A program made the position numbers and the translations under genes. From Octopus sinensis (Eukaryota), in assembly GCF_006345805.1 (NCBI RefSeq), contig NC_042997.1, positions 204,662,001-204,726,000 on the forward strand: a stretch of DNA of 64,000 nt, in the 5' to 3' direction. Each line of letters begins with the position of its first letter. Positions within the stretch are counted from its first letter, which is position 1. The notes beneath the pieces are model-generated. The model was not told the DNA's origin. It saw only the letters and a list, made by a program, of their open reading frames with translations, and ran no database searches. This document shows positions 52,161 through 63,911 of this stretch, piece by piece.

Positions 52161-52269
52161 AAAAGCAATTTTCATTGGTTCTGATAAGACATCCAGCATT
52201 GTGGCTTTGCCTGTCATGGAATCTTTGTACCAAACAGCATCTTTGGTGCCATTACACTTTTTTGTGGAT
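52161..52269 (-). CDS. Gene 1 exon (STKKCNGTKDAVWYKDSMTGKATMLDVLSEPMKIAF)
   Basis: CTTCTGTCTCTTGTAG acceptor, phase 2 start completes AG+A (Arg), TTT|GTATGC donor in phase 0. Confidence 0.75.
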
Positions 52270-52309
52270 CTACAAGAGACAGAAGATGCAGTAGATTTAT
52301 TTTAGCTGT

Positions 52310-54190
52310 TCTACATGTAATGATGATGATGACAATTACAACAACCACAATGATGATGATGATGACCATGACAACGATGATGATGAGGTTGATGATAATG
52401 ATAATGATGATGATTATGAGGTTGATAATGATATTGATTATAATGATGACAATGATGCTGATGATAAAGATGACGATAACATGATGCATGGAACAAGTAC
52501 CTGCATCAGCTGTTAGTAGCCAAGACATTACATCCTTTAAAGCCTCCATGCACCTTGAAATTTGCCAACAGTCTGGAAGCCCTATCTTGATGATGATGAT
52601 GATTGTCATCATCATCACTATGATGCTGATGAAGGTAATGATGTTGATGATGATCATGATAATGACAATAATGATGATTATGATGATTGTGATGATGACA
52701 ATAATCCTTTCTATTATAGGCACAAAGCCCGAAATTTGGGGGAGGGGGATAGTCAATTACATCACCCCCAGTATGCAACTGGTACTTAATTTATCGACCC
52801 CGAAAGGATGAATGGTAAAGTCAAGCTCATTAGAATTTGAACTCAGAACGTAGCGATGATTGATATTCTGCTAAGCATTTAGTCCTGTGTGCTAACAATT
52901 CTGCCAGCTCACTGCCTGATGACAATTATGATGATAAAGATGATAATGATGCTGATGATAATGTTAATGATGATGATGACGATGGTGATGATGATGATGA
53001 CGATGGTGATGATGACAATGTTAATGATGATGATAACAATGGTGATGATGATGATGATGATGCTGATGTCAATGATATGAAGATAATGACGACAACAAAG
53101 ATGATGATGACAATGGTGATGAAAACAATGAAGATTATGATGACAGACATGATAACGGTGATGATGATGATGATGACAATGCTGGTGATGAAAACAATGA
53201 AGATTATGATGACAGACATGATAACGGTGATGATGATGATGATGACAATGCTGGTGATTATAAACAATGGTGTCTTACCTGTCAATCTCATAACATTTAC
53301 CATTATTCAAAATGGAAAAATTCAGTTGTGATTCTTCCTTCAAAAGGTTGACAATCACTGACTGCCAGCTGACACAACCACAACCACCACCACCACCACC
53401 ACCACAGCTACCACACTCTCTACTACAGTTGGCACTACCACTATTATCTAACCACTCTTTCAGATGTTTATTGTTTTGGTTCATTTGCTTCCAAATATTC
53501 TTCAGATCTTGAAGTTCCAATTCTTGCTGGTGAATACATTCTAGCAGAGTTACTAATCGTTTGTGTAGGTCCTGTGGGATAGAGCCAAAATACATCATCA
53601 TCATCATCATCACCACCACCACCACTACCATCACCACCACCACCACCTACAACACCACCTTCATCTTTATCATCATTTTCTTGAACGCCATCACCATCAT
53701 CACTGCCGCCACCACCACCACCACCACCACCACCATCACAATCACTATTGTCATTATCAATTTCATCGTCATCATTATCATCATGCAATTATCATCAATA
53801 TCACCACCACTACCACAATCACCATTGTCATCATCGTTATCATCATCATCATCATCATTATCACCACCATAACCACAACCACCTTCATCATTATCACAAC
53901 CATCATCATCATCATCCTCATCATTACCACCATCACCACCACCTTCATCTTTTGTCATCATTATCTCGACCACCATCACTATCGCCACTGCCACCATCAC
54001 CAGCACCACCAGCACCAACACCACAACTACAATCACCATTGTCGTCATCATTATCATCATAATTATCACTACCATAACCACAACCACTACCACCTTCATA
54101 ATCACCACAACCACCACCATCACCATCATCATCATCATCATCATCATCAATAATGATATCCCCATAATCATTGTTGTAATCATCTACAAC
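52310..54190. repeat. Field of (ATG/CAT)n and (GGT/ACC)n trinucleotide repeats enclosing one exon, a SINE (52708-52917) and a CR1 fragment
   Basis: Direct reading. Confidence 0.9.
53279..53571 (-). CDS. Gene 1 exon (DLHKRLVTLLECIHQQELELQDLKNIWKQM...CGGGGGGGCGC...KCYEID)
   Basis: TTTTGGCTCTATCCCACAG acceptor, CAG|GTAAGA donor, 293 nt open, phase 0 to 2. Confidence 0.8.
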
Positions 54191-54559
54191 AAGAACATTC
54201 AAAGAAACTATTCCGGCCAAAGTTAACAACAATAAAGCTATTCTCATGATGCCTATAAATATAATTGTAGATTAGCTGGTATTGTTTAGCCCTGAGTAAG
54301 CCCAGACCCAGCAGGACTAGTACCAGAATCGTTGCTGTTTAACCCTTTTGTTGCCACGCTTCTGTTGGAATATGGCTCAAAAGAAAGCTGGACAGTGGCA
54401 CATGTGCCAGACTCTTCAATCACACTTCCCTACCTGTGCTCTTATATGCAAGTGAAATGGGGGCAACTATGAAGAAGAGAGACCTTGGAAAGATTCATGC
54501 TAGGAACATCACTAAGAGAGCACATTTGAAATGAGATAGTCCAAGAATGGAGAGAATGT

Positions 54560-54745
54560 GATTGCAGAGTATTGAACATGCTCCACTGGGTTTGACATAT
54601 CGCAAGGTTGCTAGACAACAAGTGGACCCATGCAGTTGCTGAGATCAGAAAGGGCCACTTGGAAGACCTCCACAAGGATGGGAAGATGATCTAGTTAAGC
54701 AATTTGAGTCAAGATGGAAAAGAATGGCAAAATCAAAACACAGTA
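54560..54745 (+). mobile_element. RTE LINE ORF2 C-terminal relic
   Basis: MLHWV*HIARLLDNKWTHAVAE / GRPPQGWEDDLVK matches the W.GH.AR..DNRWT...EW..GRP..RW.DD pattern. Confidence 0.7.
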
Positions 54746-54856
54746 GGAAGTGCATTGTGTTCAGCAGTGTATAACAACATCTGATGGTCTGGTTGATACT
54801 GGATACTGGAATTTCTGTTGAAATATGCTGCTTTGTTTCAATAAATAACTTTGCTA

Positions 54857-55248
54857 TAGGCACAGGTGTGGCTTTGTGGTAAGAAGCTTGCTTCCCAACC
54901 ACATGGTTCTGGGTTCAGTCCCACTGCATGGCACCTTGGTCAAGTGTCTTCTACTACAGCCTGGAGTTGACGAAAGCTTTGTAAATGGATTTGGTAGATG
55001 AGAACTGAAAGAAGCCCATTGTATATATGTGTATATAGTTATGTGTGTGTGTCTTTGTGTTTGTCCCCCCACCATCGCTTCTCAACTGATGATGGTGTGT
55101 TTATGTCCTTGAAACTTGGCAGTTTGGCAAAAGAGACCAATAGAATAAGTACTAAGCTTACAAAGAATGAGTCCTGGGGTTGATTTGTTCGACCAAAGGC
55201 AGTGCTCCAGCATGGCCACAGTCAAACGACTGAAACATGTAAAAGAGT
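54857..55248 (+). mobile_element. Family A SINE
   Basis: Head and tail similarity. Confidence 0.85.
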
Positions 55249-55818
55249 GTTTTTAATCTGGTGTCTGGAGCATGAAATTCATGTGGAAATCTGATGGAAA
55301 GTTATTATTTAGATCACTTTAGGACCAGAGGCAATCGAGGTGGCTTAGTATCAAAAGAGTTACATATGTCCATGAACAATGGATTAAGTTTAGCACCCAG
55401 GATTAGGAATGCTCAATCCAAAAAGCTTCCATGTTAAATTTCTTTCTACCAAATTTTATTTGTGAGTTGTATTTTTTTTTTGGATTTGAAGTACTGTGCA
55501 GTGGCATTGAACCTGAAACTATGATATTACAAAGTGAATTTTAAACCATTCTGCACTGTTTGCTCCATAGCCCATTCAGGTTTCTGCCTGCTAAATCCTC
55601 TCACAAGGCTTTGGTTGATATGGATCTATAGTAGAAGACAATTTCCCTATGTACCACACAGTGGGACTGAACCTGAAACTATTTGGTTGGGAAGTGGACT
55701 TCTTAACACATGCGCATGTATGCACACACACATGTACATACATACAGACACACACACAGAGGATGATGATGATGTACATACACACATACATTTGACTTTA
55801 CTGCAAAAACTTTAATAC

Positions 55819-56007
55819 TTTAGAAAGGTTTTCTTTTATATCTTTTTTCAAGTTTTCAAGATCCACCCGGTAAGATGTTTCTGGATTTAATCTGGAATCT
55901 TCAGCTTTTCCTATTTCACATTTCTTGTACTGTCTTATAAAGTCTTCTGATTTAGTATTCTCATCTTCCAGAGAATTAGCCAAATTCTTTTGAACTTTAA
56001 ATAATTC
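55819..56007 (-). CDS. Gene 1 exon (ELFKVQKNLANSLEDENTKSEDF...LENLKKDIKENLSK)
   Basis: TTGCAG acceptor (duplicated 30 nt upstream), AAA|GTATTA donor, 63 codons, phase 0-0. Confidence 0.8.
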
Positions 56008-56094
56008 CTGCAATATATATATATATACGTATAACTCCTGCAATATACATATACACATATATATATATAATGAGAATTTACAAAAAAAACAAAA

Positions 56095-56290
56095 GATGAA
56101 AACGGGTGTATAAACAACAAACAGATGTATTAGTTTAATGCTTGAGAAGGGAGAAAGTCTTTTAGGTTTCAAGCCTACGCTCTTCGACAGAAAGGAACAC
56201 AGAAATAAACAGGGAGAGAAAATAAAAAAGGTTTAGTGGCTAGCAATCTATCATGGCGAATACTGGACAGAGGGGTCACAGAGGAGAGCT
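56095..56290 (-). mobile_element. Penelope pLTR-like repeat with degenerate hammerhead (56159-56194)
   Basis: CUUU-CUGUCGA-A-GAGC-GUAG-GCUU-GAA-ACCU-A|AAAG. Confidence 0.4.
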
Positions 56291-56528
56291 AAGAAGAAGG
56301 GGATATATATAGTTAATCAAATATGTCCTTTGTAAACAAGGTGTACTGGATTTTAGATAGGTGCTCGTTATGAGAAATGTCTAAAACATTAAAAAGATAT
56401 TTAGAGATTCAATGGGAGCGATTATATATTAAAGAGTAAAGGTAGGAAAAATTATATCTTAAATCACAATAGAGATAAGTCCATAACATAAGCAATATTG
56501 TATTAATAAATAAATAGATAAAGTACAA

Positions 56529-56706
56529 CTATGATTATTTAAAAAAATGTTTAAACGTTTTGAAAGTTCTTATGATTGTTTTATGAATATACTATCTCTC
56601 AACATGAAATCAAATGAAATCAAAATTTCATTTTGAGAGGTAGTATATTCATGAAACGACCATAAGAACTTTCAAAATGTTTAAAAAAATTTTTTAATGA
56701 CCATAG
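56529..56706. repeat. ~180-bp foldback/MITE-like hairpin (~82-bp arms, short loop)
   Basis: CTATGATTATTT..CAACATGAAAT vs ATTTCATTTTG..TAATGACCATAG. Confidence 0.8.
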
Positions 56707-56752
56707 CATGGAAAACAGACATTAAACAGTGATGATGATGATGATGATGAAG

Positions 56753-56942
56753 GCAGCAGGATGGCATAATCATTAGCATGCCAGGCAAAATAATAAGCTT
56801 TATGTTCTGAGTTCAAATTCTGCCATGACTGACTTTGCCTTTCATCCTTTTTGGAGTCAATAAAATAAGTACCAGTTGATCCTAAGGGCTGATGTAATCA
56901 ACTTGCCCCTTCCCTCAAACTTGAGCCAAAATTTGAAACCAA
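56753..56942 (+). mobile_element. Family B SINE
   Basis: Head and core similarity. Confidence 0.75.
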
Positions 56943-57889
56943 TACTTACAGTTCTTGTCCCTTAACCTCTCTTGTTCCTCGTCTCTCATTCCCCTCATTC
57001 AAATATTTGCTACTACCACCGAGATCTGCACCCTCGGATCTTGCAATTTTTACCTTCATACACTCCAAGTTCTTCTTTCCTCATTCACTTATGCTAACCT
57101 TGTGCCTCGAGGGTTCACTCAAACAACTCACCACCACTATTTTTATCTCTTTCCAACTCCACTATCACACTCTCTTCTAGAATGTGAGTAGCCATGTGGC
57201 TTCTCTACAGCAAGACACCTGTTCTTCTTTGTTCCCTTCTCTCATGCTTTAACCCTTCAAGCCCTAGCATAAGACCACCCACTTGGAGCTCATAGTATTA
57301 CAAGCTGCATTGTGGCCTAACCAGAGCAGATAGCATGGAAAAAATGCCTAGTATTGCTGTAAAGTAGATGGCGTTAGGAAACGCATCCAACCATAGAAGC
57401 CATTCCACAATAGACAGTGAGGCATGATGCGGTCCGTGGACACTTTGAATCCTGCCAAACTGTCTAATCCATGCCAACATGGATCATGGATGTTAAGTGA
57501 AGATTACAATGATGAGCTGCATTTCAATTATCAACCTTGAAATGATTGATGAAACGTGAAGTCGACACACATCAGTGGGATTTGAACTAAGAACCTAGGG
57601 AATCAAACAAAGACTACAAGTATTTAATTTGATGCTTTTACAACTCTACCAATTTGCTGGTACCACCACCACCAACACCATCATCATCATCATCATCACC
57701 ATCACCATTTTTTCATTATGTCCACTTTTCCATGCTTGCATGGGTTAAAAAGAGTTTATTGAGATAGTTCGTCAAATGGCAGGATGACCTGTTTGTTGCC
57801 AACCCACATTTATTTCCAAGCAAGGCAATATTTATCTGTAGTTTGACATGTTTTTGCAGAATATTGGAAATGAAAGATACTCATCACAA

Positions 57890-58150
57890 GCTTTTGCTCA
57901 GCAATAGTAGCACCCGGCTCCAATTGTCTGCTTTGGCCTGGTTTCTAGGGCTGGATGCCCTTCCTAATACCAACCACTTTACAGAGTGTTCTGGGTGCCT
58001 TTTTACATGCCACCAACACCAGTGCTTTATATGTGGCACCAGTTATATCATATTTAATAGCATTCAATATCCTTGCCTAGTCCACACATGTAAGTGCACA
58101 CACACACGCGCACACACGCACACGCACGCGCACACACACACACACACACA
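57890..58150 (-). repeat. Inverted paralog of the 46.1-46.7 kb family C locus, lacking the expanded array
   Basis: Shared ORF text SNSSTRLQLSALAWFLGLD.LPNTNHFT.CSGCLFTCHQHQCFICGTS and shared flank. Confidence 0.85.
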
Positions 58151-58217
58151 CATACACACACACACTTACAGCAATTCCAATATACTGTTTGAATAAAGAT
58201 ATAAAAGACAACAATAC

Positions 58218-58319
58218 CTTTCCAGTAGCTTTAAGTTTACATTTCTGCTGCAAGAGTTGATTCTCATATTTCAGATTGTTCAACTGAGATTCCAACATGG
58301 AGATTTGATATTCTTTTGC
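58218..58319 (-). CDS. Gene 1 exon (AKEYQISMLESQLNNLKYENQLLQQKCKLKATGK)
   Basis: TGATAG acceptor, AAG|GTATTG donor, 34 codons, phase 0-0. Confidence 0.8.
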
Positions 58320-58568
58320 CTATCAATTCCAATAACATGTGCATTTCAAAACTGATATCATGAAAGATTGACTCAATTTAATTAATTTCAGTTTATTTTT
58401 TCTATTATTTCAGTATGACCAAATATTCTTTTTAAAACAACTAAAACCAGTATATTATTTTGACAAATATGTAAATACTTCCATGATAAAGTTTTCAAAG
58501 CATTTCTTCATTTTTGTTTTTTAATATAATTTTATTTGCATGAAACTTCTTAACCTTTTTTCAATATA

Positions 58569-58970
58569 TCTTTATATATAAAAGAGAGGTTGTGTGCTGT
58601 CTGTCTCCTACGATTTAGATTCCTAACTACTCCCACATTTTGCGGTGCAGTTTAACCAAAACCGGGTATCTTATAGTCGTGATTCATATCAAGCCCTTCT
58701 GGGTATTAGTGCGTGTCTACGATGAGTCTACGATTTAAAAAATAATTTACCATCATTTTTTTCCATTTTAATGCATTTTTTCCGCTATTATATAAGGGAA
58801 GTAACTCTCTAAAAATGTCTACGATGAGTCAACGATTTAAAAAAAAAATTACCATAATTTTTTTTCCATTTTTAATGCATTTTTTTTGCTATTTTTTGGC
58901 TATAACTCTCTAAAAATGCTTTATAGTTATTTCCCTTACAAACCCGAGCAACGCCGGGTGATACTGCTAG
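58569..58970 (+). mobile_element. Non-autonomous Helitron (402 bp)
   Basis: A|TC start, 3' hairpin ACCCGAGCAACGCCGGGT (58942-58959), CTAG|T end, no TSD. Confidence 0.85.
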
Positions 58971-59643
58971 TATATATATATATATATATATATAAAGAAT
59001 ATGCGGGTTTTAGCACATTTGCAATCTAAATTGGGTAAGTGCTATAGTTGGTTGACCATTAACTTCCAAGATCACAGCTAAGGCTGGATCTAGGGATCCA
59101 TGTTAGGATTCTCTTATAGCAAGTATATGTTATATTAGAGGAAAAAATATATATTTTGGGTCATCCCATAAATAATATGGTTTTTTTTCAATTGCATGAT
59201 CTAAAGATTGGAGGGGTACGTGATAAACTACCTATATCAATGTGCTATAAAAGCAGGTAGTAATTTTACCTTGTCCTTGTTCTTAGTGCAAGGTTTGAAG
59301 AGTGCAGTTCGATTTTAACAGTTATTTTTTCAAAGCTATAAATTTGCTGTATGTGTTCAATAAAGGCAACAACACAATGGAAATAAGGGTGAAGAAAGCA
59401 AAGGAGGTATAAACTAGAGACATGAGGATGTTCCACTGGAGTCTTTTATACGCAGACCTATTAGAGGGTTGAGAGTGACTGATTATGAGTAGAGTAAACA
59501 ATAGGGTGTTGGAGAAATTTAAAGGGTTCACTCAAGTACAAGTGTTTACTATCTCCAGTCAAACCATCTAACCTATACCAGCATGGAAAACAGATGTTAA
59601 ATGATGATGATGATGATGATATATACATACATACATATATATA

Positions 59644-59734
<91 letters not shown>

Positions 59735-60135
59735 AAGCAGAACCAAAATTGAAGTCGATCAACATCAATGGAAATTGCAGCTGTGGTTAAGCGAACCATC
59801 CGATTGTGGCCGTTGCCAGCGCTGCCCCGTCTGACCTCCGTGCCGGTGGCACGTAAAAGCACCATCTGTTCGTGTCTGTTGCCAGCCTCGCCTGGCCCCC
59901 GTGCTGGTGGCACGTAAAAGCACCATCTGTTCGTGGCCGTTTGCCAGCTCCGTCTGGCACGTAAAAAGCACCCACTACACTCACGGAGTGGTTGGCGTTA
60001 GGAAGGGCATCCAGTCGTAGAAACACTGCCAGATCTGACTGGGCCTGATGCAGCCTTCTGGCTTCACATACCCCAGTTGACCGTCCAACCCATGCTAGCA
60101 TGGAAAGCGGATGCTAAATGATGATGATGATGATG
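59735..60135 (+). mobile_element. RTE 3'-derived family C element
   Basis: Closely similar to 23330-23752; (GAT)n tail. Confidence 0.85.
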
Positions 60136-60949
60136 ATATATACACACACACATACACACATATAGTATGTAAATAGAGTGATAATCCAAGCTATGTTTCC
60201 TTTTGAAGCAGATGTGCTTATTTCAGTACTCCTACTAGCAAATGAAACACATGTAATGGTGAATAAATAATACAAAAAAAATATTACCATCTCCTGCCTT
60301 GACACACCACACACACACACACACACACACACACGCCTATGCTGGAACATGTTGGATGAGTTGTATGATCTAAAAGGCCCAAGGACTGTGTCATGTTCCA
60401 GTGTCTGTTTTACCATGGTTTCTATGGTGGGATAACGTTCTTAACATCAATCACTTAACAAGGTATACAGAATGCTTTTCTTGTGGCACAGCACCACTGA
60501 GATAGTAATGCAGCTTGCAAGGTTTTGATCCCCTTCACCTGAGTGGGGCTGTAGTAGAGAGAAAGAGAGAGAGAGCCACTCTTATCCCAGGAGATGAGAT
60601 GTTAAAGTATGAAAGAAGTGGCCAGAACAGTGCAGGTTTCTTGTTGTTGATGAGTTATGTGGCTACTTTGCATTATATATGAGTGAGCGGGAGTAACTGG
60701 AGTGGAACTGGTTGTGACATGATAAAATGCATCCTGTAACTGTGATAGTGGTGGATGATAAGAAGGGTATGCAACTATAAATATCACACACACACACACA
60801 CCAAAAGAGAGGTAAAAAAACGGTTTGACATACGCAACCACACACTGAGATTGGTGGATTTTTCTGATGAATGACACAGGATAACAACAAGGGATGAGAT
60901 ATTGTGAGACCTGTCTAAGCAATGTCAGCACAGAAAAGAAAATGGACAT

Positions 60950-61225
60950 ATGATGATAACAATGATAATGATGGTGGTAATGGCGGTGGCGGCGGCAGTG
61001 TTGGTGGTGGAAGTGGTGGTGGTGGTGGTGGCAGTGGTGGTGATGATGGTGGTAGTGATAATGCTGGCAGTGATAATGTTGGTGGTGATGATGGTGGTGG
61101 TGGTGGTGGTGGTGGTGATGGCAGTAACAACAATGGTAATGAGAATGAGAGTGGTGGTAGTGGTAGTGGTGGTGGTGGTGGTGGTGGTGGTGGTGGTAGC
61201 GTCGGTGGTGATGAGGATAATGACC
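60950..61225. repeat. (GGT)n/(GAT)n trinucleotide repeat
   Basis: Direct reading. Confidence 0.9.
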
Positions 61226-61330
61226 TTTATATTACACACGTGGCCAACTGAACTAATAGTAGTGATACTGGAAATAACAAATCTGTAACTAAGATATAAT
61301 GTTAAAAGACAGGTTGCCATGACAACTTAC

Positions 61331-61477
61331 AGCATTCTGAGAATTCTGTGAACATATTATGTCTGCAATTCTTCGTTCATACTTCTGTATAAGACACTCT
61401 GATTCTATTCTATGAGCAGAGTTAAGTTCCTCTAAACTCTTCAAGTGACATTCCATCAGCTGCTCCATTTCTTCCTT
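61331..61477 (-). CDS. Gene 1 exon (KEEMEQLMECHLKSLEELNSAHRIESECLIQKYERRIADIICSQNSQNA)
   Basis: TTCAGTTCTTGCAG acceptor, GCT|GTAAGT donor, 49 codons, phase 0-0. Confidence 0.85.
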
Positions 61478-61580
61478 CTGCAAGAACTGAATATATTTGG
61501 TTTCATTGCAATTGAGCTGAACATCATATTACTGTTGCCAAAACATGTTTGCAGTGAGTTTTTATCATTGAAAAATATTA

Positions 61581-62407
61581 CAGGGTGTTTGAGATAAGTT
61601 TGACAATTTTTTATGTCCGTTTTTTTCAGGAATGGCTTGATGTATTAGTGAACAGTCAATGGTGTTGGAGAGCATTAAGATTAAAGATGAAGTTGAGAAA
61701 AAGTTAGCTGGCACGGAGGACTGGAAGACATCTGAATATTGCAAAAGACTTATCTGATAATTTGCATTGGGATGTCAAAATTCCAACACCGTGACTGTGG
61801 CAATGGAGACTATGAAGTCATGGTCAGCAGAAAGGGACACAGCAGGCCTTCCAACTGCATCCGCATATCTTTGAACAGGGCCTGATGCATCAATTCAGGT
61901 GCCTGTGTGATGCTGTTGGAGACTGTGGTCAATCCCTGGCTGGAGATTGGTCACTGCTGAAGACCATATGTGTGGGAGCAAGATTCAACTCCTTGCCATA
62001 GCTCCTGGAAGAATTAGAAGTGGTTGTCAGAGAATTTCCACAACTTCACCAGCCCCAATCTCTGGCCTCCTAATCCCTTCAATTGTAATCCCATGGATTA
62101 CTATGTGTGGGGCATGATTGAGAAAGACGCCAACTGCTCTTCTGGCAACACCAAGGCCAAGCTAGTGGCCAAGATCAAAGAGATGTTTGAAGATCTTCCC
62201 AGGGACATGGAGAAAAATGCATGTACCTGGTTCTGGAGCCATTTCGAGAACATAATGGAAGCAAAGGGTGGTTACTTTTGAATAAACTATCATCTCCCAG
62301 CCATAATCTAGTTGATATTTTTGGATTTTTAAAAATACCTTGATTTGGATGGGATAGTGTTTTCTTTACCTTTTATACAAACTGTCAAATTTAACCCAAA
62401 CAGCCTG
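61581..62407 (+). mobile_element. Internally deleted maT/mariner transposon
   Basis: TIRs CAGGGTGTTTGAGATAAGTTTGACA / TGTCAAATTTAACCCAAACAGCCTG, TA TSD; RPYVWEQDSTPCH..WLSENF..LWPPN..CNPMDYYVWG. Confidence 0.85.
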
Positions 62408-63146
62408 TAGGTCAATAGATCTTGTACAATTCCAATAGTGTATGTGTGTGTGTGTATATATATATATTTAAAATTCAAATAAGTTATCATTATCTATAAA
62501 AATAATGATTAAGTGGCCAGCAAACATAATCCAAACAGGCCAAATAGATATTAGAGGTCAGGGTACAATATGCACCTGTTTGCTTGAAAGAGGAGTTAAA
62601 ACCCTCCAAAACCATGCATCTCTCACTATATGTAAACACACATGGTGATTCAGTTGATACTAGGATGTCTATACTCCTATTTGTATTTTACAAGTGGGAA
62701 GACTGTTTTAGAGAAATATGTTTGCTATATTTTCCATGCATGTTTATATATAGTGAAAGATGTGTGGTTTTGGAGGGTTTTAACTTCTCTTTCAAGCAAA
62801 TGGGTGTATCTTGTACTCTGACTTTTTATTATATATACATATATATATATGTATGTGTGTGTGCGTGCGTGTTCACAGTTAAGTAAACAACATTGAAGAT
62901 ATCAAATGTTAGTAGGATACCATAGACATGCAATGTAAATTTTAAGCACCATTTGTGTTTTCTTTTTATACCTACATCATACAAAGGACCGACCCCAGAA
63001 TCAGATCAACAGTTTAAATTGGATATGCTATTTGCATATCTATAGTAATCTACCAACACTTGATGCCTTCATCGTTGTTTTGCTCGTTATTTTGAAATTA
63101 AAAAGGGAAAATACGCACACTTACATAGTTTTACATAATTTTTAAT

Positions 63147-63181
63147 ATATCGACAAGTTTCGCTATCGCTATTCATGATAT
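63147..63181 (-). ncRNA. Degenerate minimal hammerhead-like motif
   Basis: AUAUC-AUGAAUA-GC-GAUA-GC-GAA-ACUUGU-C|GAUAU; helices intact, two core substitutions. Confidence 0.35.
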
Positions 63182-63414
63182 TATGTTTTACTTATTTAAA
63201 TATGCATTTTTTCTTAAGAGGAAATTTTGTCCATGTTGTTTGTGATGAAATTCACGAGTGAATGACTTCACAAGTAGATAAATAAAAGGGAGGTAATTGG
63301 TTATTGCTATTATTGTTATTGTTGTGGGTTTGGGAGATAACTGTTCAGTATGTATGTATGTATATGTATGTCTGTGTGTGTATGTGTATTATGTATGTAT
63401 GCACACACATATAT

Positions 63415-63485
63415 ATTTCTTTTTCTAGTTTCAGTCATTTGACTGTGGCCATGCTGGAGCACTGCCACACACCCACTTCTGTGCC

Positions 63486-63569
<84 letters not shown>

Positions 63570-63720
63570 ACATAACTGTTTCTCAAAATTTCCATCAACC
63601 AACTCCAGTCATAATGCTTTGGTTAGCACAGAGCTATAGTGGAAGAGACTTTCCCACCATGCCATACAGTGAAACTGAACAGGAAACTATGTCATTGGGA
63701 ACCAACCTTCTAATCCACAC
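63415..63720 (-). mobile_element. Family A SINE, fragmented
   Basis: Tail TTTCAGTCATTTGACTGTGGCCATGCTGGAGCACTGCC and degenerate head. Confidence 0.7.
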
Positions 63721-63805
63721 ATAACTTATTGATTATTAGAAAACAAAAAAACAATCCTAAATTTGTCTTCAAGAGATTCTACCTAGAAAATATAAAGAAA
63801 TGTAC

Positions 63806-63911
63806 CAATTGATTTTGCAATGTTTCCATTCCATTTCCTTGGAGTCTTGACATGTTTTCTCTGCCTTTTTCCTCAAGGGAAAGTTCTTTCCTCAACTTTT
63901 CATTTTCTTCT
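63806..63911 (-). CDS. Gene 1 exon, most 5' in window (EENEKLRKELSLEEKGRENMSRLQGNGMETLQNQL)
   Basis: ATATTTTAACAG acceptor, TTG|GTACAT donor, phase 2 to 0; E/K/L-rich like the downstream exons. Confidence 0.8.

Noticed and set aside
52214-54247. Poly-M/D/H/I/V ORFs (also 30768-31162, 41726-42028, 60915-61320)
   Set aside because: These are trinucleotide-repeat artefacts. Only the spliced portions 53279-53571 and 52161-52269 are supported.
59150-59540. Mariner-like MITE starting TTGGGTCATCCCATAAAT
   Set aside because: No matching right TIR was found.
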